From Massalongia carnosa (Eukaryota), in assembly GCA_965645245.1 (NCBI GenBank), contig OZ287069.1, positions 1,984,001-2,048,000 of the forward strand: DNA of 64,000 bases. The letters are read 5' to 3'. Of this stretch, positions 1-11,100 are shown piece after piece (the first letter of the stretch is position 1; the number at the start of each line of letters is the position of its first letter). The notes under the pieces are model-generated. The model did not search any database. It was not told the origin of the DNA and saw only the letters and a list, made by a program, of their open reading frames with translations. A program made the position numbers and the translations under genes.

Positions 1-820
1 AGATTTCCCCTATTTTTAAACCTTTCAATAAAGGCACCAACTTGAAATCAACCCTAATGGCTGTGCCAAAAATGACACCTTTCGTTGGCGTACTGAGGGA
101 ATAGTTGAGTTTTCCCGCCCATACGTTCTCCACAGACTGTATTCATTGTCAAAAGACCATCCTCCCCCTCGACATTAGGACTCACCATTGCATGGGTGAG
201 CTCCAGCGCGCTTGGATCGAGGGTTCTAATAATCCGAACGTGTTTTCGAGCAATCGAGTTCTGTTGCAGTATACCCCTTTCGATTGTCGCCTTCATCCGA
301 TAAATAACCCAACTATCTGGGAGTCCTTCCACGCTCTCTGACCAGTTCCCAGGCAAGACGTGTTCAAAAGGCCATTCATAGTTGCCCTTCTGAAGAGTTT
401 CCCCAGATCTCTTGCTGGGTATCAAAAAGTCCCAGGTACGGCGAAAAAACTCCTCCTGGCTCTTGACATAGCTCCCTTGGCTGCTACCAGGCTCTGCCCA
501 GCTGGCGAAGTATTAGCCGCACCCTCAATCATACTTTCTCGCCACGCTTACGAAAGCCGTCTTTCGCCAGTAAACCGCATCCGCACACACTGGAGCCGGA
601 GGGAATCCGAAAGGCATAATACAAGAGAACCCTTGAGTATAGCGCTCGAGGCTTCATCTTCACCCCCTCTAAGGAAGATATTATTTTGATCCAGGCTTCA
701 AGCGAGACACATCGTTAGCATAATAGTTGCATTGATAGATTGAACTAAAAGAGTCTCGTACCGTATTTCAAAAAGGCTCACAGTGCCGACGTTACTGCCA
801 GAGAAAAGGCTCGGAGCCAT
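1..820 (-). CDS. creD: Alpha-arrestin, CreD/Rod1-like ubiquitin-ligase adaptor (5' part; runs off the window)
   Basis: ATG at 820 (MAPSLFSGSNVGTVSLFEIR), spliced to LDQNNIFLRGGEDEASSAILKGSLVLCLS, then GNYEWPFEHVLPGNWSESVEGLPDSWVIYRMKATIERG (arrestin N-domain). GT-AG introns with GCTAAC/GCTAAT branch sites. It sits next to creC, as in Aspergillus nidulans; the paralogue ApyA is not excluded. Confidence 0.8.
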
Positions 821-2134
821 GTGAAGAATAGAGACTTTTCTCTACGCCAAGAACCTAAAGCCAAAGAGCTGAAGTGAGTAATAACGACAGCAACTGGAGT
901 CCATCCATGCTGAATTGGCTTTGAGGTCATCGCGCTGAGAAGCCCACGAAACAGGTTAAAAGGGAGGGATAAAAAAAATCGAGCGGGTACCTATCAAGAA
1001 AGGGTAATGGATGACCCACAATCACGGAGTACGGTCCTAGGAATTATCCGGATCAATCCACGCGGCTGATATGCGGCAGTTCAATCCCTGCAGCGCCCTA
1101 GGGGGAGAAATGGATCTGCAGATCAGATTGCTAAAGCTAAAATTAGGCTGTAGACAGAAGTATGACATTAAGAAAGTTCTTCTCCTTTACCTGCAAAGGA
1201 TATAATGCTACTTTCATAACAAGCGTTGGCTGAACAGCGCCCAAGGCAGCCAAGGCAACTGAACGCTGTTGCATTCTCAAAGGAAGTCACGCCAGTTCCG
1301 GAATATTCACACCTTGTCCGCTTGCAGCAGGTTCTAGCTCCTAAACTATTTTTCATCTTGTCTCACATGTATGGATAGAGTAATTATCAGACACAAGCCT
1401 TCTACTCTCTCTACTTTTTATCTTACCTTTATCGAGCTTATGTTGTCTTTTCAATGTTCACTTCGTTTCTGTAACGTTGGCTAATCGCTCCTATGGTTAT
1501 GAGAGACTTTTGCCTTGAAAAGTTTGAAGAATTGTTTACTGACTTCGTGTGGGGGTTGAGAATTGCAAGCACAATTCATGGATTTTAACCATGGACCACC
1601 AACTCTCTACTTGCTCCGAGTCAACAGGGCCAGCAATGGAAACATTTGAAGATAGCGGTTTCTCCTTCGCCTACGAGGGACTCGCTGCCCTATCTCATTC
1701 GTGCACGGCAACAAGATAGACAAAGAACAGGCTTGCCTACGATTCACTATGACGGACGTTATACTGTGCATAAATACCATAAGACATGCACTTCACCTAT
1801 GAATTATGTAAGACTTTATTAGATATCATCCGATGGACTATCCGCAACTGTAGCTGAGTAACACGGTGTTCGATGACACAGTATCGTCCATTGATCAGTA
1901 TCTGAGAATATTATATATAACGAACAAAAAGTGAAAACGTATGAGTTGTATACGAGCAGAACTTGAGGAACTAAAAAGCCAAGGTACTTTTTAATGTGAT
2001 ACCGGACACTTGTTCACATCTCAGCGCCCACGCCCTGGGTATATCGCATTTGCTAAGTGCCACTGACACTTTAGCTGTCTAGTTTCTTGAACCTCGGTTC
2101 TCATAGCACTTCATGTGAAACTGTGCGTCACTTC

Positions 2135-4382
2135 TTAAGGATTAGCTCCATAGCCAAACTGCAGGCTGCTGACTCCTTCCCGAGGTCGATCCCAAATCCG
2201 GATGTGGCCTTCTGCGCAAGCAGTCACTATACAATCTTCTTCAAACCCAAGCCAACTCATCGGATCATTGTCAGCGATTTTAGACTATAAATTTCATGAT
2301 TAGAATGAGGTATTTGGTAAACGTAGTTTGGCCCTACCATAACTGGAGGTAATTCCGCTGTCCTGGTTCTCGATTCGACTGGATGCTCAACCAGATCTTC
2401 ATTGTCGACGCTGTTCGACGTCAAGCTAGAGTTAGATCGCATTCTTATAGTAGCTTGGCTCCCGGTACGATTGCGAGAATTTGGTAAATGAGACGAAATA
2501 CTTTCTCTTTGGCGAACGGATGACTATTGAGAAAATGCCTCGTCAGGTGACAAGAAAACCAGCAAAATATCTTAGCGACTTACAGCTTTAGGTCGATGTA
2601 GCATCCCAACATTGAAGTCCCACAATAGTAATCGTCGATCCTCACCAACACTGCCGAATCGATAGTTTCGATCATCGCATCGCCAGGGGTCGAAGGCAAC
2701 TGCTGTGACCCATGACTGGTGTCCCGGGCAACGAGCTACAATCCGTCGCTCCCTTAAAGACCATATTGACACTAGATCATCTTGCCCACCGGTTAATACA
2801 TATTCCCCATCAGGGGACCAGCAGATGCACGTAAATCCACCATAATAGCTCATGTATATATCGGTAAGTCTAAGCCCAGTAAGCTCAGCGAGGTCCTGTC
2901 AATCCAGGATTGTGCCACTGACTGCTCTTTAAGATAATTGATGATTTGCAGAGAGCCATCCTCGGAGACTACCGCAAGGTGTCGACTATCGGGCGAGAAA
3001 GCGAATCCATTGATTCGATGGTTTGAGATCTTCCAGGAAGCAACTGGATTGGCCTTTTGGTTTTTGGATTTGACAGACTTGTTGATAAGTAGAGGCGCAT
3101 GGTCACTTTCCGGACCATCAAGTTCATTCCCCCGAGCAGCGTTATCTTCTGGGATAAATGCTGCATCATCTCGTTCTTTATCATAAACGATGAGCGTACC
3201 GTCCATATGGGCTGCCAAAAACAGATTCTCTGATCCAGGCAGCCAATGGATATCTGATATCGGTGAAGCATTGATAATTCCCTGAACTTGATCAATCTCC
3301 AAGCGAGAGTGTTTCATGCACAATGACCCACGTTCTTGTTTATTCGATTATACTTTTGGCAAAAAGCTTCGAACCACATGATATCCGCAGACGAAGCTCC
3401 CATGATAATGTCTAGGTGATTAGGACTTTTTGTAAATGTATTGATATCATGGCATAATATGTGTGCTTTGCTGAACAATATTTTGGTTAGTTGATCGGCC
3501 TATGATAAATCTTCAGCATTGATAGCGTACAGCAATTCAATCAAAATACCTTGGAGAATGTCGTAGAGGATAGATCTAGCCATTGGAAAGCCCTGTTAAT
3601 ATTTGCAAACACAAACAAGCCATCAGAATCGTGCTCCTGTATACGCTTGCTTATTGAATCATGTAGAATCGCCCTTGAGATAAATGAGGAGCTGCTCTTC
3701 ACAATGTTGGTCTTGGGCTTTCGCCGTTTCAGTCCCTCCTTTCCACTAGTGGGGCTCAAGAACGAATTATCCTCGCCGAATGTTGGAGCTTTTCCCGCCA
3801 TATCAGCCGTTAGCTGTCGAGGGGCCCCATCGCTGCCCGTATCATAGGAGGTACGCGACTCCTTCTCACTCTCTTTTATACTAAAAGTGGCATGATGCGA
3901 GCTAGTGCTGCCCAGGGTATTGAGCGTAAATAGCTGTGGTGGTAGCTTATGTGGGCTCATAATAGAGAGAGAGAGTTTTACCCCTGCTGTCGGAGGAACC
4001 GGTGTTGTCGCTAGCAGATTGGGGTTGATTATGGGCGTATCTGAAGGATGCGGCGGTGGTGTTGCAAGGTGTATATCATCTCGGAGGGTGTATGTGCCTG
4101 TGATCCAGCACGAGTGTTTCAGCAGCTGACCTACAGGTTGCTGTGAGATAACGTACCTTCGCCTACAACCAGCTGATATTCAAGGCCGACGGGATGACTG
4201 AGTACGTTATGCGTCTCCATAGCGGGAGCTGCCATGCCTGCAGCAGAACTGTTATATGCATTGTTTTGGAGTGGATACCGTGGTGGTGGAGGAGGCACAC
4301 TATGGTTGAGGTGGTGAGCCCTGGATCGCTGAATCGGAAGTCTTGGCCATCCTCGATCCTCGAGATTCGAAACTCACAACAT
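2135..4382 (-). CDS. creC: Catabolite repression WD40 protein CreC (WDR20-like), multi-exon
   Basis: 5-nt first coding exon ATGTT (4382-4378), intron 4377-4300, then VPPPPPRYP...EYQLVVGEG. Later exons give [86 protein letters not shown]. Last exon is GHIRIWDRP...ANP*. Confidence 0.9.
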
Positions 4383-5737
4383 GATTGACTACCTGTTACT
4401 AACTACCAATAGGTATGCAAAGGCAGACCCTGCAGATGCAGGTACTGCATCAAATAATACAGAGTCCAGTGCAGCACAAACCTATTTTCCTTTCGGAGCA
4501 GCAGATGGATGTATTTGGCCAAGTAAAAGTTACGATGATTGAAGAAGCGGTTCTGAGTTAATTAGTTTAAGCCCGTGGCTTATTCTTGACGTTGGTCTCA
4601 TGAAGATCTGAGGTCTGCCTGGCCTCCTTCCTGGCGTCCAGATTGACGTATTACATAAGGCGACTATACTCTGTATCTCGCCCGTAGCTAGGTAAATACT
4701 TTCCTACATATAGGGAAAGGTGACTAGTGTGTTCTTTCAGACTCTTAAGCACCGGAGGGAATTGGTCTCTACACGAATTTGCATCTTGCTTCTCAGGCCT
4801 CCTAGTTGCAAGATCCATCTGCCCTTATAATTTTGTTTTCTGCGTTCCCTTGAGTTTTTGGTGTCTTTTAAACATAACGCTAAAGCGAGAACACGCGCCC
4901 AGCAAAATATTTAGCCCGGAATAGTTGCATGTCTTTTGCTCTAGGCTCTCTACAGTTTCGTTTCCCTGCCTACTGGTTAACTTATCGCATGTAGCCGGCG
5001 GAACTGTTGGCATGCTGCGCGCTTCTTCCAATTCCAATTTCCATTTGATAGAACAAGATACTGTTCTGCTGTGATTCATTCGTGGCAGCATGGAGATTCC
5101 ATATCTTAATATATATATCTACAGCTGTCCATCTGGTTGCATAAAGCTGGAAAGTATAAGTTTGCTGATACTCACCGAGGTAACACCATCAGGATCCGGA
5201 CCTACATGGTAAGCGCCGCCATACATGAATCATTGCACAAACATCTTCTGCATCAAGTGTAAGATCGTGTCCTCTTAAGGTCCTAGATGGGTAATTCTAG
5301 TGCTATATCTCATTTGTATTTCTGTTGTAAATTATCTTCACGGATTGTTCAGAGCATCACAGAGTTATTTGGTTGGAAGCCCTGCCGCAACAGCACTCAC
5401 TTAATATCTAGAGACCAAGTATTCGATCACAAGCCAAAGATTTTGCTTGCAGCTATGAAATTAAAGTACGGGATTTGTGCAGCGTCTTCCCCTTGACACC
5501 TAAGATAAGATACAGCTTTTGAGGCTCAAGAGTGCTGTCGTGAAGCAAAATGCTACACCCAGCGCCGCGGGGAGTAACCTCCTAAATCTCGGAAAGGCCA
5601 CGACGCTATCAACCTAAGCAACAAGATAGTCAACCTGTAGGAGCTTGGATACAGATTGTAAGCTTTCTTGCTTCTCACGGAGTTACAGAGTACATCGAGC
5701 CTTAATTCCCTCAGTGTTTCGCCAAGCCGTCTTCAGG

Positions 5738-6009
5738 TGTTGAATATCCAATTCCTACCAGCACAATGAACACCTATCAGTTCAATGAACATAGCACCTA
5801 CGGCTGCCCTAGATGGACAGATGATCTACGGAAACCGTAGATGCCGCATTAGGCTTAGTCCCAAGATAAGATAAGATCACCTCGCTTAGAGGGGTGACCA
5901 GTAATAGGAAAAGATTGCTGCATAGCAACTCTTCATCCTTAACATCACGGTCATACATACCTTTATTATTACATAGCCATATAGCCATAGTCATATACCT
6001 ATTTCAACG
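5738..6009 (+). repeat. 5' LTR (272 bp)
   Basis: TGTTGAA...TTCAACG. It differs from the 3' LTR at 4 positions by my manual alignment and contains the hairpin ATCTACGG-AAA-CCGTAGAT (5824-5842). Confidence 0.97.
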
Positions 6010-6023
6010 GGTTATGAGCCCGG
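6010..6023 (+). promoter_or_regulatory. Primer-binding site complementary to the anticodon stem-loop of initiator tRNA-Met (half-tRNA priming)
   Basis: GGTTATGAGCCCGG directly after the LTR. Its reverse complement CCGGGCTCATAACC is a CAT anticodon loop with its stem, the same PBS type as yeast Ty5 and Drosophila copia. Confidence 0.9.
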
Positions 6024-6260
6024 AAGGGTGCTATCGATTTAAAACGAATCGAAGCTTTTAATCCGCAGCATCGCAGTGCAATCAGCTAAGCATCGTTCCT
6101 ATTCAATGAATCGTAGACACATGACTAAAATCTTTCTGTGTCTTTAGAAACGATCCCTCAAAACACATCAATCAGTTCTCTCTTCTGTACACAGCGATTT
6201 CTTGTCAGAAGCACAAAAATTGCGTGTTAGAAAGAGCATGAACACATTGATCGTACTACA

Positions 6261-6711
6261 CCGAAGCCCTCGGACACCAAAGAGCTTGCTAAGCTCGATG
6301 GTCGAAGGCACCCAAGTCCTCGGACACCAAAGACCTTGCTAAGCTCGATGGTCGAAGGCAATCAAGTCCTCGGACACCAAAGACCTTGCTAAGCTCGATG
6401 GTCGAAGGCAACCAAGTCCTCGGACACCAAAGACCTTGCTAAGCTCGATGGTCGAAGGCAACCAAGTCCTCGGACACCAAAGACCTTGCTAAGCTCGATG
6501 GTCGAAGGCAACCAAGTCCTCGGACACCAAAGAGCTTGCTAAGCTCGATGGTCGAAGGCAACCAAGTCCTCGGACACCAAAGAGCTTGCTAAGCTCGATG
6601 GTCGAAGGCAATCAAGTCCTCGGACACCAAAGAGCTTGCTAAGCTCGATGGTCGAAGGCACCCAAGTCCTCGGACACCAAAAGAGCTCGCTAAGCTCGAT
6701 GGTCGATGGCA
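6261..6711 (+). repeat. Tandem array of nine 50-bp units in the retrotransposon 5' leader, plus a degenerate tenth copy at about 6806-6856
   Basis: Consensus ACCAAGTCCTCGGACACCAAAGA(G/C)CTTGCTAAGCTCGATGGTCGAAGGCA. Units start at 6261, 6311, 6361, 6411, 6461, 6511, 6561, 6611 and 6661; the last has a 1-bp insertion. Confidence 0.97.
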
Positions 6712-7206
6712 AAAAAGTATATTGCTGGGCCTGAGCGCCCCATTGGTACAAATATCATCAAAGCGTCAGTTTCAACCGCGATTGAATTCTGGACACGCAA
6801 AAATACAAAATCCATCGGACATCAAAGAGCTTAGTAAACTCATTGATCGAAGGCACAAAGACCTTTCTTTTTGGCAATTATGCCTCATTAAGGCACTGGG
6901 TGAGATTGTGCGGCAGTTGCCACTTATTATTTAATCGGCCCAAGGCCGGTTAAATCAAATTGGAAGAACCCTGCGCTCAATTTCCTTTTGGTCAATTGGA
7001 CCCTTGAAAAAGCCTAAGTTGAAATTCTCATCATGGCAAACAAGCATGTTAAGCAAACAGGTTTCTCTGTTGAGACATCAGAGTGGACACTGGCTAAGGA
7101 GGGACAGTCTTTTCCTTGTCTATAAGAAAGGTCACAGATCCACATTCTTTCAGTCACTACTTATACAAGTTTCTCGCCTTGTTCAATTGCTCCCCATTCT
7201 CCCATT

Positions 7207-8124
7207 ATGTCTATCATAGATACGTCACATCTTTTGGAGAAGGCCGAAAGATATTCGGCATGGGCAAGCTATACGAAGGGCATTCTGCTCAAGAATAACT
7301 GCGAAGGAGCCATTCTAGAGAATCAATCAGAAATCACCGCTGAAACCATCAAGGAAGGTTTAATATAAGCAGGCTTCGACGCCAAAGGTCTTTCTGTCAG
7401 CATCTTGGTAAAAGAGCTGCGTGACGAGAAGAATAGACAGAAGGCCGAGATGACCAAGGCTATAGGAATCATTCACGGATTAGTTGCGGAGTGCCATTAC
7501 AGCCTCATCGACAACAAGAATGCGGCAGAAATGTGGAAAATCCTGAAGGATAGATTCCAAGATATAGCACCAATGAGCATCAGCGACATCATTCTGAAGG
7601 TTAGTTCTAAGAAGATGACTGACTTCGAGACCACCAGCCTATACTGTGCAGAGTACGAGAGCGCTTTAAACAAAATTAAAGGAATGCTGGACGACAAGGC
7701 CAAAGTGGATGTGCATACCGTGGAGTTCATGCTTCAGGGAATGATGCTGGGTAACACCACAGACGTCTATTCCCCATTGATAGCCCAACTTCGACGAGAT
7801 TGGACACACGAAACCACAAACCTGTCGGAAGCAATGAAGACCATTGTTGCTTATTCTGTCAACATGAAAAACACCAAGGCACTTCATATCAGCACACCTG
7901 ACTCGAGAGGTCGAGCCCCATTTGGGACCTGCACCTTCTCTGAATGTGTCGAGAGAAAGAACACTCGTCATTGGCCAGATAACTGTTGGCAGAAGTTTCC
8001 ACAGCTAAAAAGACATAGAAGTTCGCTCGAATCCGGAAGAGCAAAGAAACAAAAGACTACCTCGTCAGAAACGAAGGCGGACTTACCTCATACATCACCC
8101 AACATTCCAACGGTGAGTAGTTGA
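7207..8124 (+). pseudogene. gag: Copia gag, interrupted by one in-frame TAA at 7366-7368
   Basis: ATG 7207 MSIIDTSHLLEKAERYSAWASYTKGILLKNNC resembles the copia Gag N-terminus (Y..W...IL). The frame continues past the TAA into AAEMWKILKDRF (UBN2/gag-like) and a CX4CX7HX4C knuckle, ending at TGA 8122-8124. Confidence 0.85.
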
Positions 8125-11100
8125 GTCACACAGGTCATGGCCACAAGACTGCAAAAAGTCATGACCATGACGAATCTGAACAAGAACTCGTGGTTATTGG
8201 ACAGCGCTGCAGATATGCACGTATGCAACCACAGATACTCGTTCACTGACTATACGAGTTACTCCACTGATCTAGCAGGGTCAACGTCCACAGGAACGTC
8301 GCCAGGAAGAGGAACCATTCATAAGACATTGATCTTGGAGGACGGCTTACCCTCGTCGATACTGATTCTTAACAATGTTCTCTACATTCCTCAATGTCCG
8401 GTGAACCTTGTGAGTTTGGGAATGCTGAATCAACACGATATCTTCTATGACAATTCAAACTGGAGACTGTTCATGGGATCCACTGCAAAAGTCATAGGGC
8501 ACGTACCGAGAGTTGACAACAACTTCATGCTACAGACCGTTGACACCCCAGATATGAGGATGCATTTGAGCAAAGTGGACGAGGACACCTATCAAGGACT
8601 GGACGTCACTATCTGTCAAATATCTGTCAAATCAAAACTCACTACATGGCATGCAAGGCTTGGTCATCTCAACATTCCGACGTGTCGAAAATATTTGAAA
8701 ACGCTAGACATAACGTACGATGACGATATCAACCAAGGTTGGTTTTGCCATGCATGCGAAATGGGAAAAGCCAAAAAGATATACAACCGAACACAGCAAG
8801 AGAGGGCCACAGAGCTCTTTCAAAAGATAAACTCTGACCTAGTGGGACCAATCAAGCCAGCAGGACTTCTTGAAGAACTTTACTTCTTCACTTTCACCTG
8901 TGATGCTAGCAGATACACTCATGTCTATACCGGACACAAGAAGAGTGAATGGTTTGATCACTTGTTGACGTACTACAGCATGGCCCAAAACAAATCTGGA
9001 AAGGCTAAACCCATAAGTAGTTTTCGCACTGACTTCGGTACGGAGCTTCGCAGTCACAAGTCAGACGTTTGGTTCCTGGAACAAGGCATAACGTTTGAAC
9101 CAGCTGCTCCATACTCTCAAGAGGAAAACGGAGTCGCGGAACGAATGGGCAGAACCATCATGGACATGACAAGATGCAGTGTCATTGCCGGAGACATTCC
9201 CGACTACTTGTGGGCAGAAGTAGTTCTAGCCATGGTTCACACCAAGAACGTCAGACCAACCAACGCCTTGGCAGGTAAAACCCCGTATGAGATCTTCGAG
9301 AAGAAGTCACCTAAGCTGGATCACCTGAGAATTCTCGGATCCACAGTCTATGCGTTGATTCACGAAGAAGAGCGAAAAGGACTAAACAGCAAGGCTGCTA
9401 AATTTTCTCCGAGGGCTCAGAAAGGAATCCTGTGTGGATATAACGGAAGCACCATCTATCGCGTCTTTATGGAAAAAGACTACAAGGTCATCAGGGTCAA
9501 GGACTTACGGATTCATGAAGACGCCACATTCAAAGATGGGACCGATCTACCCACGTACGATTCCATAATGATTCAAAACGAGAAAGATAACACACTCGAA
9601 ATCAGTCCCACTCCTTCAAAAGACCAACCAGAGTTGAATTCCAAGATAAGTGAAATCCCCAAACGTAGACGAGGTAGACCCAGAAAACACGCCCATGTCG
9701 CACAAGTGCTGAGTCTCCTGTCAAATAAGGCATTAAGTGAACCAGAACACATCCCCACACTGGCAGATAGAGACGAAGAAGACCCACTCATACTTCTGGC
9801 CAAAGAACTGGAAATAGAGGGAGCAGCATACCTGAACGACTACGATGCGTTCATTCAGTCAGACACAGCTGAGCCACAAACATATCATCAAGCAATGAAC
9901 TCCAAATACGCAAACGAATGGAGTCTGGCAATGGATGAGAAGATCAAAAGTCTGCTGGAGAAAAACACCTGGGATACATTATCCACCGAGTCCATGGAAC
10001 CCGGACATATAGTCTTGAGTGGCAAATGGGTATTCAAGCTGAAACGGGACGTAAATGGAAAGATCGTTCGCTTTAAAGCCAGATGGGTTGTCAAAGGATA
10101 TCTACAACAATACGGAGTAGATTTCGATCAAACCTTTGCATCTGTGGTCAAACCAATGGCTTTTCGCTTGCTATTCGCGTTAGCTGCCCATCATGATCTG
10201 GACATCGAGCAACTGGATATAGTGACAGCTTTTCTGAACGGTTTCATCGATCAACTCATCTATGTCCACATGCCGAAAGGATATGACACAGCTGGCATGG
10301 TGTGCAGGCTGAATAAAGCTCTGTACGGTTTGAAACAGTCTCCGCGTCTCTGGTATGAACGACTATCAGCTTTTCTATTGAGCAAATTAGGACTGGAGAA
10401 ACACCACGCAGATCATAGCATCTTCGTCACATCTCAAGGGATAAAAGGACCCATTGTTACCTCTTTCGTTGACGATTTGAACATCATAGGCCCAAAGGGT
10501 TCCCCGATGATCACCGAAGTCAAGAAACAGCTCAAGCTAGCTTTCAAGATGGTAGACATGGGACCAATCAGCTACTATTTAGGCCTCAAAGTCGAACGAG
10601 ATCGAGTCAACAAAACCATAAAGCTATCTCAACCAGCCTATATCGAGAAGGTATTGGAAAGATTCCATATGCAAACCGCAAAGACAACAAACACTCCCAT
10701 GCGAGAAGGCTGTCTCTTCATCAATGAATCTCAGGCCTCCGACAAGGACATAAAGCAATATCAAACCATGGTTGGATCCATCATGTTCGCAATGATAGAA
10801 ACCAGGCCAGACATAGCTTTCGCAACGTCCGTAGTCAGTCGCCATGCAAAGAATCCAGGCAAAACACATATGGAAGCGGCCAAACACATTCTCAGATACC
10901 TTAGCGGTACCAAGAATAGAGGCATCACCTTCGGTGGGGGAGATTTATGTATACAAGGATATTCTGACTCTGACTGGGCCGGAGACAAAGAGCAGCGAAA
11001 ATCCACCTCGGGTTATGTGTTCATGCTGAACAATGGACCAATAAGCTGGTGTTCCAAAAGACAAACGACCGTCGCATTGTCATCAACCGAAGCAGAGTAT

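Noticed and set aside
5809..5994. Duplicated 61-aa minus-strand ORF (also 11600-11785)
   Set aside because: It lies wholly within the LTRs, so the duplication is explained, and it has no recognisable protein features.
6261..6711. Possible CRISPR array (regular repeats with palindromes)
   Set aside because: The units are contiguous and near-identical with no unique spacers, there are no cas genes, and the context is a eukaryotic retrotransposon leader.
7033..7206. Upstream in-frame ATG (7033) as a longer gag start
   Set aside because: It is closed by TAA at 7123-7125, and the copia Gag N-terminal motif begins right after ATG 7207. It is better treated as another uORF.
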